The notes under the pieces were generated by a model. The model was not told the DNA's origin. It was given only the letters and a program-made list of their open reading frames with translations, and did no database searches. Below, one piece after another: positions 1 to 13,030 of a stretch of 64,000 nt of DNA. Every line of letters starts with the position of its first letter. Position 1 is the stretch's first letter. Origin of the DNA: Azolla caroliniana (Eukaryota > Plantae > Polypodiophyta). The stretch covers positions 6,696,001-6,760,000 of the forward strand of contig JBHGNT010000006.1 of NCBI GenBank assembly GCA_043228905.1, given 5' to 3'. A program made the position numbers and the translations under genes.

Positions 1-2342
1 TACATATCCATCAATGCATTCCCAAGTTTAATATCATTCTGCAGCAATCCTCTATTCTCAATTGCGTCATGAATTTGTTTGCCCTTGTTCACAGCTCCTG
101 TCCTACCACAAGCCTTCAAGATGCAAATGAGGATCCCTGCATTTGAAGAAATACTGTCACCTTGCATCTGCTCGATAAAGTTCACTTCCTCATAGGCAGA
201 TGAAGATACTATGTTTTGAATAGGAATCTCTCCAAGCACCTGTCGTGCTTTTTCAAGCTGACCACATTTCACATACATATCCACTATAGCAACACCAAGT
301 AGCATATCCTGTTCAAGAAATCCACCACTCACAATCTTCTCATGAACTTGTATGCCCTTGGCTCTATCTCCTATATCACCACAAGCCTTCAAGATACAAT
401 AGAAGGTGATTACATCTGGAGAGAATCCCTCACTTTGCATCTTTTCAAAACATGTTAATGCTTCACGAACTAGCCCATCTTGAACATATCCTGCAATCAG
501 TGCAGACCACGAAATTATGTTTCGAACACGAAGCTTTCCAAACACTTCTTCTGCTTTAGCAAGCAAACCACATTTGGCATACATATCCACCAAAGCATAA
601 CCAAGAAAATCATCCTGTGTGAGCAATCCCCTTGCCACAATCTCATCATGAAATTGCTTTCCCTTATGGACCTCTCTTGTGCTACCACAAGCCTTCAGGA
701 TGCAAATGAAAGTGACTACATCAGGAAACAAACCTTCTTTTTGCATCTGTTCAAAACAATCCAGAGCTTCTCGACCTTGACCTAATTGCACATGCCCTGC
801 AATTAGTGCATTCCAAGAAACTACATTTCTAATGGGAAGCTCTTCTAGTATTCTTCTTGCTCCTGCAAGCATGCCACATTGTGCATACATGTCTACCAAA
901 GCATTCCCAAGTATGGTATCCTTCTGCAGCAAACCCCTGATGACAATCTCTGTATGGATTGCTGTACCCTTCTCTAAAGCTCTAGTGATTGTACAGGCCT
1001 TTAGGGTGCAAATGAAAGTGACCCCATCCGGAGAGATGCCCTCACTTTCCATCTGTTCAATACAGTTTAGTGCTTCATTAATGCGCCCCTTTTTGGCATA
1101 CCCTGTGAGTAATATATTCCAAGAAACTAAATCTCGAACTTCAAGCTCATCGAGCACTTGTCGTGCTGTTGTAAGCACACCACATTTGGCATACATATCC
1201 ACTAAGGCATTCCCAAGCATAGTATCTTTCAGTACCAAACCTCTACTTGCAATCTCATCATGAACTTGTCTGCCCTTATCAATAGCTTCTTCACTAGCGC
1301 AAGCCTTTAAGATGCAAATGAAAGTCACAACGTCTGGAGAAAGGCCCTCAATTTTCATTTGTTCAAAACAATTTGATGCTTTATGGCATTGTCCATGTTG
1401 GGCATACCCTGCAATTACAGCATTCCAGGAGGCAACATTTCGAACAAGAAGTCCTTCAAAAACCAACTGTGATTTTCCAAACATGCCACATTTGGCATAC
1501 ATATCCACCAAGGCAGTGCCAAGCACAATATCTGTCTCCAACAAGTAGCTACGCAGTTGTATAATCTCTTCATGAATGCTTTGTCCTTTTCCTATAGCTC
1601 CGACACTGCCACAAGCCTTCAAGAGATAAACGAAGGTGACTGCATCTGGGGAGAGTCCCTCATTCTGCATACATTCAAAACAATTCAGTACTTCATGATA
1701 TTCCCCATGTTGAGCATACCCTGCGATTAGTGCATTCCAGGAGATTAAGTCACGAACACTAAGGTTTTTGAGCACTTCTTTTGCTTGTACAAGATCTCCA
1801 CATCTGGCATACATATTAACCAAAGAAGTGCCAAGTATAGCATCCTTCTCCAAAATGCCCATCTTTGCAATCTTTGCATGAATTTGTTTGCCCTTGTCCA
1901 CAGCTCCTGTGATGCCACATGCTTTCAAGATGCAAGTAAAGGTGACAACATCGGGTGAACAGCCATTGCTCTGCATCCGTTGAAAACAGGTTAATGCTTC
2001 ATGTCCTTGCCCCTGTTGGACGTATCCTGTGATTAGGGCATTCCAAGAGATTGTATCTTGTGCTGAAAGCTCTTCAAGAACTTGTTGTGCTTTTGCAAGC
2101 ACGCCACATTTGGCATACATATTGATTAAGGTGCTGGCTAAATAAGGGCTTTTTACAAGTAAACCCCTCTGCAGAATATCATCATGTAACTTGGAGCCTC
2201 CATACAGATCTTTCTTCTTAGCGCAAGCTTTCAGTAAGTTCACAACAGCAAAATCTTCCCTATAATAATCAGCTCCAAAATCCATTTGATGTGTTTCATT
2301 AGGCTTTTGATGAACGGTTGACATAGTTAATATTCTCCTCAT
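1..2342 (-). CDS. PLS-class pentatricopeptide repeat protein, 3' part runs off the window start
   Basis: Minus-strand frame from ATG at 2342 (MRRILTMSTVHQ...LKACAKKKDLYGGSKLHDD...LINMYAKCG) is in the same frame at position 3. It carries repeated DMYAKCG / SWNALIxGY / TFxCILKAC motifs. It is absent from the ORF track, consistent with no stop codon inside the window (not every codon checked). Confidence 0.88.
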   Translation of the reverse strand, partial: MRRILTMSTVHQKPNETHQMDFGADYYREDFAVVNLLKACAKKKDLYGGSKLHDDILQRGLLVKSPYLASTLINMYAKCGVLAKAQQVLEELSAQDTISWNALITGYVQQGQGHEALTCFQRMQSNGCSPDVVTFTCILKACGITGAVDKGKQIHAKIAKMGILEKDAILGTSLVNMYARCGDLVQAKEVLKNLSVRDLISWNALIAGYAQHGEYHEVLNCFECMQNEGLSPDAVTFVYLLKACGSVGAIGKGQSIHEEIIQLRSYLLETDIVLGTALVDMYAKCGMFGKSQLVFEGLLVRNVASWNAVIAGYAQHGQCHKASNCFEQMKIEGLSPDVVTFICILKACASEEAIDKGRQVHDEIASRGLVLKDTMLGNALVDMYAKCGVLTTARQVLDELEVRDLVSWNILLTGYAKKGRINEALNCIEQMESEGISPDGVTFICTLKACTITRALEKGTAIHTEIVIRGLLQKDTILGNALVDMYAQCGMLAGARRILEELPIRNVVSWNALIAGHVQLGQGREALDCFEQMQKEGLFPDVVTFICILKACGSTREVHKGKQFHDEIVARGLLTQDDFLGYALVDMYAKCGLLAKAEEVFGKLRVRNIISWSALIAGYVQDGLVREALTCFEKMQSEGFSPDVITFYCILKACGDIGDRAKGIQVHEKIVSGGFLEQDMLLGVAIVDMYVKCGQLEKARQVLGEIPIQNIVSSSAYEEVNFIEQMQGDSISSNAGILICILKACGRTGAVNKGKQIHDAIENRGLLQNDIKLGNALMDM

Positions 2343-2377
2343 CTCTTCATCCACCAAAGAGGGAGAATATTATATAT

Positions 2378-2524
2378 CGTCCACCAATCTATGTCACCTT
2401 GTGAGCATCTACATCTAACATCTGGTGATCGAGAACTCTTTTGTGTTTTACCGTCCACCAATCTATGTCACCTTGTGAGGATCTACATCTAACATCTGGT
2501 GATCGAGAACTCTTTTGTGTTTTA
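2378..2524. repeat. Tandem duplication, 2 x 74 bp, upstream of the PPR gene
   Basis: cgtccaccaatctatgtcaccttgtgag...gaactcttttgtgtttta occurs at 2378 and 2452, almost identical. Confidence 0.9.
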
Positions 2525-4570
2525 AACACCAAAGTTCTCTCGCTCTTTTTCTCAACAAAATTGGATCCTTATTACATCGTTCTTCTTGGATCCCATGGGT
2601 CATATTAGCCTCCTAGTGACATGAAATTTCATGTCTATCTATCTCAAAAACCCAGAATCAGCAGTTTGAAGGCTCTTCACATCACACCAGCTCATGTTGT
2701 ACAACCTGGGATGGGCCCACTAGCTATGCGTTTCATACTTGTATACCAAAAAGATATAGAGTCTCTAGATTTAGAACTGGCATCCCCACTTATCCTAGAT
2801 CTCAGACTTCCTGATTAGCTATACAAATTTCCAGTTTCTATGTTTATCTTTTTCTTTTGCATCTTGCCAACTTCTTTTGTTCTAGATACACAGAGCACAT
2901 ACGCACTTGTACATGATTTGTCACAATGCCTGCCAGTTTTGGCTTCTAGTAGATGTAAAAAAAAAAAAAAACTCTTTACCTCTCTATCTTAAAAGAGCGG
3001 CTATTCATGATCAGTTGGTGCACATCCACTCAGACCACCACCTATGGCTTCATTAGACCACATCCACTGATGTGGAAGATCCTCAGACAAGCCCCTAGTT
3101 AATCACTTTTATACCTCATTTGTATAGGAATGTATATGATCCTGCAGTTCCCAGAGCATGCATACTCCTCATTTGCCCCTCATGTTATCATACTTTTTGT
3201 ATCTATTTTATTTTTTCTGCATAAGCAAAGGACACATACACATGAACAAGTATTTTTGTTGTCATGGGCTGCCCTTGGACTTTAGACTAGATAAAAATCT
3301 AACTCCTCTGTAGCCATGTTCCAACCCCATTCATCCCCCCATAGCCCAGAGCAGGCATCCTACTGAATGTCAAGCAATACGGCGATGATGTCCGGATCAT
3401 TGTCCACAACCCCACTATCTCAATAAGATAAAAACCCATTATCGCCTGCCATGGGAGCCAGAAGCCAGGCTACTGTAACTCTTTCAATCTGAAACATCCA
3501 ATGAGAGAGACATAGTGAGAACAACAGACCTCAATTGCGACAGTAATCAAAGTCAATTGGCTAGAGATAGGCCCACTACCTGGTGGATGACCCATCAATC
3601 AGTTTGCCAACATTTTGTGATCTTGACATAGAGATAGGGCTATAACTAGGTTAATAAATAGGTTCATAATCAATTGTACATCTTCTTCCTCGTTGTTTCC
3701 TTTAAAGAGTTTTTCTCTTTGTAAAGCAAACGCTCACTTCCTCAAGGTACAAGCATTTGTTGCATCTCTGCCATCAGTAAGTGGTTCGTGTTTAGAAGGA
3801 AGGGCGGTTGCCTAGTGCATTCATAAGCACACACAGGCAACTATGTATAGTAAAGTCCAATAATTCTGGAGTTATTCTGAAAAAAAGGAAGAAGAGATGT
3901 GTTTTTATGTGAAGACAATTCGATTTTAGATCTATATGGCTCATATATAATGTCAAAGCTAAAGTTCTATCGCGTTTTTCTTTCTTTATTTCCCAGAAAT
4001 CCCTTGGATTTTTGTTATTCCTTAGATGTCCTTATATCAAACCTTGAAAAAAAGAAAAATGGAATGAATTGGCCAAACTCAATTGCTCCAATTGCACATA
4101 TAATTGTGAAAAAAGGGATGAATGAATTATAAAATTTCACAAATAGCACATATAATTTATCTTTCAAGAGTTGGCAATGGGCATTCGGGTAAGTAACCGA
4201 ATCCAGAGGCATTTGTGGGAATAAACATATGCATGCCATTTTCTCTAGCAAACTTTGTGATTAATCATTGTAATGTGACACATGCTAATGAATGAGTAAG
4301 TGAGAATTAATATGTTGCATAGTATCTGTGATATATTTCATACAAGTTCTTTACCAATGACATAACATGTTTGCAATCCGTGTGTGCATACATATGCATA
4401 CACACATTATACATTGAAGGTGTATCACTTGGTAACGATATGAAATATTAACATTGGTGAAACAATCACAACTATTATTATACAAAATTGTCCTGTGCTA
4501 GAGCTCTATAGCAACAAGCTATACATGAAGTTCCATGTATCTTATCTCTAGCAAGTGCGAGGAGGACAAC

Positions 4571-4820
4571 TTAGAAGATGTCAGAGAAAGTTGGGAGCTT
4601 GATTGTTCCACTCTTCGACAAGGGAATGGTGAAATTGCCAATGATGGGGAGGTCGATGATGAGATTGGCAACGAGTTCGTAATCAATATCCCAATCGGCA
4701 CCAATATCTCGAAGAATGCTAATCACAAAGTCATAAGGGACGGTGATTGGGAGCTTGACAGCAGTCTTGTCATTGGCACGGATTGAGCCAGGATCAGGGA
4801 TATTTCCAGAAATAATCTCC
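4571..4820 (-). CDS. Last exon of a LEA14-like (LEA_2/WHy) desiccation-related protein; first exon not found
   Basis: Acceptor tgttttatag|G at 4820. Translation (R)EIISGNIPDPGSIRANDKTAVKLPITVPYDFVISILRDIGADWDIDYELVANLIIDLPIIGNFTIPLSKSGTIKLPTFSDIF* matches the C-terminal half of LEA14. Confidence 0.88.
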
Positions 4821-5530
4821 CTATAAAACACATACAAATACCATTAGAGAAAAAGTGATGGAGGAAATGTGCAACACTTGGAATAACAAAGCCTCCAAAC
4901 ACTAGAAATTTAATGAGAAAAATGTAAAGATAGAAGTCCCTCAATTCCAATTTTCGGGTTGATGTGAATGATATTATAATCATGCTAGATACTACAAGAG
5001 GTAAAAAACATGATGAGCTTCACTTAAATATTAAAAAAAGCTAAACACAATCAAAACCTCGACAAGCACAATCAATCCTTGACAAAATAGGCATCAACAA
5101 TGGGGATCTATAGGGATGAGAAGAGTCATGTGCTCATTAGTCTAAGTGCACAATCTGGTAGGAAAGCATTAACATTTCTACGAATTACTTCATCAAACAA
5201 AACTCTGGATTTATTGAGATTGGAGATGCATATGTAGGTCTGATTATAACACATAACATGTCACAATTTGTCCAAGGCATTGGATATGATTATACTCCAA
5301 GAGTGCCCTATAGAGCCATATAATAACATAAATTTGGACAAAGAAACAAAAAACCGGTAACTTGTTTGATACTTACAAGTTTTCCAAACTTACAAGAATA
5401 CCCCCATGATTTCAAAACCTACCATGGTAACCCTTCTGTGACTGTAACTTAATGGGAAAACCAGCAAAACTAACCCTAACTTATGTGCATGCTCCAAAGT
5501 TCCTGATTTGTAATCAGAATTACTCGAATA

Positions 5531-5630
5531 NNNNNNNNNNNNNNNNNNNNNNNNNNNNNNNNNNNNNNNNNNNNNNNNNNNNNNNNNNNNNNNNNNNNNN
5601 NNNNNNNNNNNNNNNNNNNNNNNNNNNNNN
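5531..5630. other. Assembly gap (100 N)
   Basis: Run of exactly 100 N, typical of a placeholder gap of unknown size. Confidence 0.98.
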
Positions 5631-6139
5631 AATCATGGCATGCATCTTTTAATAGTATGCGAACGCCTAGTTTTGAAGGGGCCTCCACCATAATTCTCGT
5701 TATCATCTTCTCATTCACAGGTTGTGGTTGCATGTCCATCAATACTAAAGGGGTTAAAGCCATGGGTATCTTTGTTACAAATGTTGGAAGTGCATTGAGC
5801 AACTCAAATGGGTGACTAACAAACATATTCAATAGGAAACAAGTACATCACCTATGTGGGTGAAATGTTACTAAGAGAATTTCAATCTTACTCTTGGAAA
5901 TTTATACAAAGTACTCTTCAAACATCTTCATGAGTACTTTGGCTACTATTTAACTATTTATCATTATTTCAAAGGCCAATTAGTATTGACTCCATCTCAT
6001 GAATAATAATCTTTTTTGTCCATAGCCAATCCACTAATTCCTCACCAATATATCTTTTTTATTGTGAATCATTATGCTCTTGCATTCCTTCTACGAGTAA
6101 TTTGATAGGTTTGGAAGTGTAAGAGTGTAACAATCGTCG

Positions 6140-6854
6140 TGTTTAACCTCGAATATTAAGGAGCAATGATCAAAGAGAAAACACAAAATACACGAATGAT
6201 ACAATGCAGATGACACGCCATTTAACATGGAAAACCCCTCTATGAGGGAAACAACCACAGGACAAAAGTCCAAAATAATCCACTATCAACAAAGAGAATC
6301 AATAGAGATACAAGCTCTACCTCTAGGAACACTAGAGTGAAATGGAGATATGTAGGAAGTAACATTGTCGACAAAGTGGGGATTAAACACCAAAGGAATA
6401 GCAACTATACTCACAAGCACACGAGTGAGAGGGAAGAAACCAAGATGATGAAGCCCACGAGGCACAATAGAAGGCACGTAGATCGCACATGGAGTAGTGG
6501 AGTGGGAAGACTGAGGAGTTGAACATTGAGCTTGTTGTGTGGAGTTCTCAAATCTTCAACTCACCCTTTCTTGTTTCGAAAAGAACCACCCCTACATAGA
6601 CCCTTAACAAAATAACTAAATGGGCATCCATTGCCCTTTCACACACATAATAAAAATATTAAGGTGACCAGGACACTTGAACATAATCTCTTTCACCTTA
6701 CTCTATTATGTATGTGGAGACAGTAACTGCATACAAATATCTTATATGTGCTTAGGAAGCTACTCTTTGGATTGTGTGCATTGCGACAAGTTTTAATTGA
6801 AATTATGACGATTTCATTGTATGGATTTCTCTTGGGAGAATGCACCTTTCAACA
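6140..6854 (-). mobile_element. Probable Copia-type LTR remnant (solo-LTR-like)
   Basis: Contains atttaacatggaaaacccc...gagggaaacaaccacagg, resembling a common Copia LTR motif read antisense. Bounded by tgttt...caaca. No clean TSD, so the ends are uncertain. Confidence 0.35.
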
Positions 6855-7349
6855 CTAAGAAATGTACCACTAAAATGTATGTATGTAATGAACATAATAA
6901 ACATGTACTTGTAGTAGTTCAAGCCCTTGAAACTAAAATAATCTAGTGATATCACTTCTCTCTTTTTAGGCAACAATTATCACAACCAACGAGAACAACC
7001 CAAGTAACCTTAAGAACCTTGCTTTAGCTTGCTTGATAAAGTATACAAAATACACACACCCCAAGAACCTTGCTACATTTGAGCTTGCTTAAACCTTATG
7101 CAAAGAGAAGGATCGTTTTAAAGGACTTTTCACCTAGGACCTCATGATCCTAGGGTCAAACACTTTACTAGTGAGGCTCTATATATTGAGTAATTGTAGA
7201 ATAAGGAACGACAAGGTAGAAAGACATGTTCAATGCAACAAATAGATGTTGATGATTACGCACCATGAATGTGCCCACTTGTATTGAGATCGCATAAGTG
7301 AAGATTTACATATGTAAAGTAGAGCAATTCACGAGAACATGGTTAAATC

Positions 7350-7491
7350 AACAACTAAACAAACTAAAATAGTTGGTAGATTTCCATCATAAATTCAAAT
7401 CCTTGTTTGTGTATTTGTTTAACAACTAAACAAACTAAAATAGTTGGTAGATTTCCATCATAAATTCAAATCCTTGGTTGTGTATTTGTTT
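7350..7491. repeat. Tandem duplication, 2 x 71 bp
   Basis: aacaactaaacaaactaaaatagttggtagatttccatc...gtatttgttta occurs at 7350 and 7421. Confidence 0.9.
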
Positions 7492-8490
7492 ATTTATCTT
7501 AAGTATTCAGCTATCATAAATGTTAAGCACTCTTATTAACATATTGAAAACGTCACTAGTCACATTAATTTCCCATTTTTAAGCATAGATCAATGTACAA
7601 CAATCTTCATTTTCTTTTTTACTAATGACATGTAGTTGGCAGCTTTTGAAATGGCAGTCCTTAGGTCATGAACCTGAGGTGTTGCCCATTTATTCCAACT
7701 GGAAAGCAAGCAATTGATCTCTCTTGTGAATCTATCTGAGTCTAAAAGAAGCCAACCAACTCTTATTCAAGCTAACCAAGGAAGAGAACTTGTATTAAAT
7801 ATCAACAACTCCATAACAACATGATTTATCAACGTTTCATGAACTTCCGATAGTCTACAATCATATGACAATTTTCAGTATTCTACAATCACAACGTGAA
7901 ATTCTAAAACCTAAATCCTCCTTGTTCATATTTGCACACATTCTCTTTATCATTTCATATTCTGCTGGACTGAAACTACCGCTCATATTTTTCTATGGAC
8001 AAAAGAATGTTTGTGATCCAGTAGACAACTAGGAGCTCGTCAAAAAGTTTTGCAAAAATCACATTTTGAACAGACATCTCCTTATTCTAAGAGTTGATTG
8101 AATATTATTCCAAAAATAACTAGCAATTTCAATGTCTTCTTAAATCATATATACTTTCCACCAGAATAGATAGGAAATAAATTTGATACTTCATTTCTTT
8201 TAATGTAAAGGAAAGGAACCATCACAAGGACATAAACGATCAAAATTCGTTGAGATCAAATTAGTGGAGGTCATCAATCCACATCATATCAGTGGAGATC
8301 CTCTGGAACAAAGACACTGCTACGATGACAACTTTTCATCATCGCACATGTTACAAATTAGGTTAGGTTGATATATAAATGACATTTCAGGACAAGAGGA
8401 ACAAAACTTCTTTCTTTGGCAGATGATGATCACAATGACATGGAGTATGCAAATTAGTCAATCATGTATCATCATTCACCAACTAGTCAA

Positions 8491-11245
8491 TCATGTGGAT
8501 GTACCCTTTGCAAGCCGTACATTATCATATCCATTGTATGCATTTCCAATATCGTGTGAGTTTCCACCACTGTATGAATATACGCCCCTCACATCTCGAC
8601 CACCACCTCGTTGTTCATAGTTATTTCTTGTGGGATAATATCCTCCTCGGTCATAGGATTTTCGGCCTCCACGTCCATTAATTCCATTTCCATATCCGCC
8701 ACCACGAGAACCTCTACCATTGGCATAACTTCTTCCCCTTTCACCTCTTTGCCTGTCATCTCCTCCAATAATATTATAACCTCTTTCATTGCTCTTCGCA
8801 CCCAGATAGCCCTGAAGGCCTACACTAGCATTATGATCAATTGAGTAATCAATATCTTTTCCATCCTGTGTTCCCTCTTTGCGAACATGGTCAACTACCA
8901 ATGGAGCAATTTCCTTCTGTTGAGTTTCTTCTGAAGAGTGTCCATTCGCGAGCATTTCATGGACATTGAGCTGTTCAAACATGAATGATGGTGATGTTGA
9001 TGACTCTAAGAGGCATAATAAATAATCGGTATTTTCCATCACAAAATCAGATGTGTTTGTACCTTCATAATCTGATCCCCAATTATTGTCTCAAACTGAT
9101 GATTGAGTGGGAAGACAGTTCTAGACACATGTGGATCAAGATCAGGTATTATCTGATGCATATGGTCTTCATTATGAGAAACAAGATGCCGCTGACCTGC
9201 TCCTCGCTCCTGTCACACAGATTGCGAGAGAATTTTTTGTTAAAAATTCAGAGGTATCAATTTAGTATTGAGTTTCTAATACATTGTAATAGGATATACC
9301 GTTTTGACTGTCTGTAAAACCAGATAAAGATTATTTTAACACATTCTTACAGCATAAGAAGCATAACTGTACACATTACCTGGGTTGAAGATCCATGAAT
9401 CGGAAGCTCTGATGGATTTTGTCCGGATCCTGACACTGCAACTTGCTGTTCAACAGTCTTTAATTCTGGGGTCATAGTGAAGTATTCGGAGGATAAAATC
9501 CTATTAAGACTCTCTCGCAAGCGGGAATCTGCCATACGTGTTAAGGAAAGATGTCCACAAGGATTACCATAAAGACAATTTGCAAACCTTCACTGGGTGG
9601 CAAAGATCATCGATTTGTGAAGGTATAGCTATATGGAACCTGAACCAATTACAGCCAATCTTCAACGGCACTTTCAAGGTTTAGGATTATGATTATCAAG
9701 AGCCTATCTACAAACTAATCACATAAACATGGCTCCCAAGAGAATGGAAGGCCAGAGTATTTCGTTTGAGGGAGATCAGCACTCTTACTTCACTTTGTCG
9801 TAATAATCATGCATAACTGATGAATTTGTTGATAGGATCTTCCCAAAACATTCAATTGTCTCAATTATCATGTTTTTATCTGAGTTGATCCCACAATAAA
9901 CACATTTAACATAGAAATTGAATTACTCTCTACGGAGTTGAAGCCTAACCTACAATACTCTTGATAATCATGTCTATTTTATTAGCTCAATATTGCCGTT
10001 TTGATCTCCACAATAAAAACATAACTGTAAATAGATAAGACAATGGAATGCTAGAAATTGCCCGGAGAGCAATTCTAGCCTTCAATTGACTTGATATTTT
10101 ATTGATTTGCATGCTGATAGTAAACACGATTTTCAAAAATATTGAAGACTTTACATCTAGTACTCTGAGAATAGGAAAACACCAGCCCTAAACTGTGCTG
10201 TCATGGAAACTGTGTTAATTTGACTAGTTTATTAATTAGAAAACATATTTCCTCACATTATAGCATGGTAAAAACCCCATCTTCTCACCTTTTCAGATAG
10301 ACTCAAAAGAGGAGAAAAACTATATGACCCGCATTGGTGTAGGATACAAGTTACACCAAGATCCTCTTGAATAACCGAGTTTGAATTCTGAAGCCAATGA
10401 TATGCATGATTGATGCACAGCTGAAGAGCATCTTTATGCGATAGAGAGGCATTGCAAGTTCGAGACATAAGTAACAAACTGAAGGAAGACAAAGCATCAA
10501 GATCACTTTCCAACAAAGGGCTGCGAGAATCCTCTGTAACACAATCATAAGAGAGACAAGAACTCCTCTCATGAACCTTAGTCCAGAAAATCGCAGGCAT
10601 CTCGCCATGTGATCTAACATCAAAAAGTTGTGCGAAATAAAGTAAAGTCAAAATATCCACAATGTCAGAAACAACTGAATGTGTTTCATCCACTGAAGCT
10701 TGCGAAGTGGATATCTGCAAGGCATTGCGTACCTCTTTATCTACTCTTTCCTCGTTATCGCTTATGTGACACATCTCTATATCTACTCCTTTGTCCTGGT
10801 CAATTATCTCTCTGTCTATACATTTATCATCATTATATATATTGCATAACTCTCCATCCACTTCCTTCTTATTACTTATATGACTTATCTCTCTCGCTAA
10901 GCATTCCTTATTAACAGCACTTATCTCAGCTTCTGTGTCTCTGAGCAGAGTATTAGTTTCCATGATCTCTTTCTCATGTTCAGCGATCTCTTCCTTCACG
11001 GCAGCATCCAACGGTTGACGTAGCTTCTCATACTCGTCTATGATCGCAGCCACCGGGATCTTATGCTTCAAAAGCCCTTCTTGCTCTTTGTTGATGCTTT
11101 TCCCCAGTAATTTGCTCTCTTCTATCTGCAGAATCTTGTTGTATTTCTTCTTCAGGGCTCGAAGACGTTTGCTTATCAAGCACATAACGGGGCCTTCCCT
11201 CACTGATCGGTCAGTCTCAGAGACGGAGCCGTCGTTGCAAGCCAT
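8491..11245 (-). CDS. At1g27090-like glycine-rich protein (N-terminal coiled coil, C-terminal RGG region), 4 exons, ~557 aa
   Basis: Exons 11245-10348, 9528-9380, 9209-9063 and 8970-8491 join in frame with GT-AG introns. EGPVMCLISKRLRALKKKYNKILQIEES...INKEQE and YSRLRESLNRILSSEYFTMTPE match the remembered At1g27090 family. The C-terminus is rich in RG/RGG/YN. Confidence 0.82.
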
Positions 11246-11364
11246 GGATCCGAGAAGAAAAAGCTGCGCACCAGAGACAGAGAGAAATAACCACAGAGAG
11301 AGAGTGGCAGACAGACAGAGAGGGGCGAGGGCGATCAATGGAAGCTGACGAAATGTCGCCAATT

Positions 11365-11379
11365 AAACCCTAACCCTAA
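11365..11379. promoter_or_regulatory. Telo-box (AAACCCTAA) with nearby site-II-like GCCCA/GGGCC motifs
   Basis: aaaccctaaccctaa lies ~120 bp upstream of the ATG at 11245. aagcccaa (~11442) and gggccc (~11497) lie further upstream. Confidence 0.55.
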
Positions 11380-11555
11380 ATAGAGGTTTTAGATTATGTA
11401 ATTAGGTGGTCGTTTTAAGTTGGATTAGGTTGCCACATTTTAAGCCCAAAATGAATTGTTGTAAGCTTTTTTAAGTAGAATTAATTGGCTGAAGCCGGGC
11501 CCGTGCATACATAAATAATAGCCTCCCGGACAAGACAAGACGAGACGAGGCACAA

Positions 11556-11713
11556 CCAACCAACCAGGAGCCTTTTGAATATAGGCTCGTTACGTGTCCA
11601 TCATGTGATGTGTTCACGGACAAATGGTGGTCACCAACCAACCAGGAGCCTTTTGAATATCGGCTCGTTACGCGTCCATCATGTGATGTGTTCACGGGCA
11701 TATGGTGGTCACC
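11556..11713. repeat. Tandem duplication, 2 x 78 bp
   Basis: ccaaccaaccaggagccttttgaatat...tggtggtcac repeated with a few substitutions. Confidence 0.88.
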
Positions 11714-12339
11714 CAAAGAAGAAGAAAGAAAGAAAGAAAGAAAAAGAACCTTGGTGTCATGGAGTCTCGCCCTCGACTCTATGGATCATGCTTGAGCACA
11801 CCGTGTGTTGGTATGGTGGTGTCCCTCGTTCTACCCTTGCCCCAACCCACAACCCCATGGGAAGGGGAAGCTTAATGGTGTTCAGATGGTGATGCCTCAT
11901 TAAGGGAAAGCTAGACTACCAGTTCAGAATGCATGGAGAGCAAGACTTCTCATGCTACCATGGCGGTATGTCAATTTACCTCACGCCATGCTCTCCCCTC
12001 TCGTGGAAGGTGACCCATCGCGAGGAAGTTATAGTGATCACTTTTTGGTGCGTTGTTTTCTTGTTCTCCACAAAACAAAGAGAGGGAGGTGCAATATTGG
12101 AATAAATTGTCGATGAAACAAAGAGGGTGAGGTGCAATGTTGGAAGATTTTGCAAGGAGAACACTCATTAAAAGGGGCCCAAGTGGAGTTTGAATTTGAG
12201 TCTAATTGCTCACATATATAGCCTTTTTTGGCCTAAGCTAAACATATATATTGCTTTGCCCCTTGTGGACTAATGAGTTTATTGAGATTGAGATAGAAAG
12301 AGCATGTTGAAGGAAGATGACAAACGAGAAACTAATCCC

Positions 12340-13030
12340 CTACCTAGAGTCTCGACAACCTAAAGTGCATGAGGTGGTTTTTAGTTTCGGTAGGTGGTTG
12401 ATACTAAGCAAGGCGAAAATGGTTATGCTTTCATCCACACCATTGCTTACATAAGACTTCGGTTCCATTCTCATTGGTGTTAGGTGGGGCATTTGGCCAC
12501 AAGCAAGAAGACTCCTCAAGTATGAACATTTTGGATCGAACAAGTTGAAGCATCAAAAGTATGATCACACTTTGATAAAATCCTTTATCTCCGGTGACAT
12601 TGTAGTTTGTGTTCCAAACCTTGTCAATGTGGTCCAATCCTTGACGCTTCCTCTCAGATTCACAATGCACAATTTCAATTGTAATATTTACTTATAAAAT
12701 TCTTGAACATGGAGAGCCACTACTCAATTCCCACATACTATGTGAAAGTGGCACTTTTGGTCTCAAATGTCATATTTGATCTTTGGCAACATTTATAAAA
12801 CTTGTATGTCACTCTTATTTAATCGTGACAATGGAGTTATGTGTCTTTGGGTGAAAACACACAATTATATAACTTTTTGTGTGAAGAACACTACTTATAA
12901 TGGGTGTCACAATGGAGTATGGTCACCCACTAACTACATGGATAGTGGAACATGTTGAATTGCCAATAAGCAAGATGAACACTCAACTCAGGAAAGAATT
13001 TCCACTTGCTCCAATAAAGAAATTTCTCAT
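12340..13030 (-). mobile_element. Possible highly decayed Gypsy integrase remnant
   Basis: Fragmentary minus-strand peptide DPKCSYLRSLL resembles the Gypsy integrase DPxFTSxFWxSL region. Multiple stops and frameshifts. Confidence 0.25.

Noticed and set aside
480-1564. Several plus-strand ORFs containing PHLAYIST
   Set aside because: Antisense shadows of the PPR VDMYAKCG repeats. The same applies to ORFs at 23835-24517 and 57441-57819.
11246-11362. Signal-peptide-like N-terminal extension of ORF 10253-11362
   Set aside because: It starts at a TTG and derives from a (CT)-rich 5' UTR. Family homology begins after the ATG at 11245.
11365-11379. Interstitial telomere
   Set aside because: Only about two units; fits a promoter telo-box.
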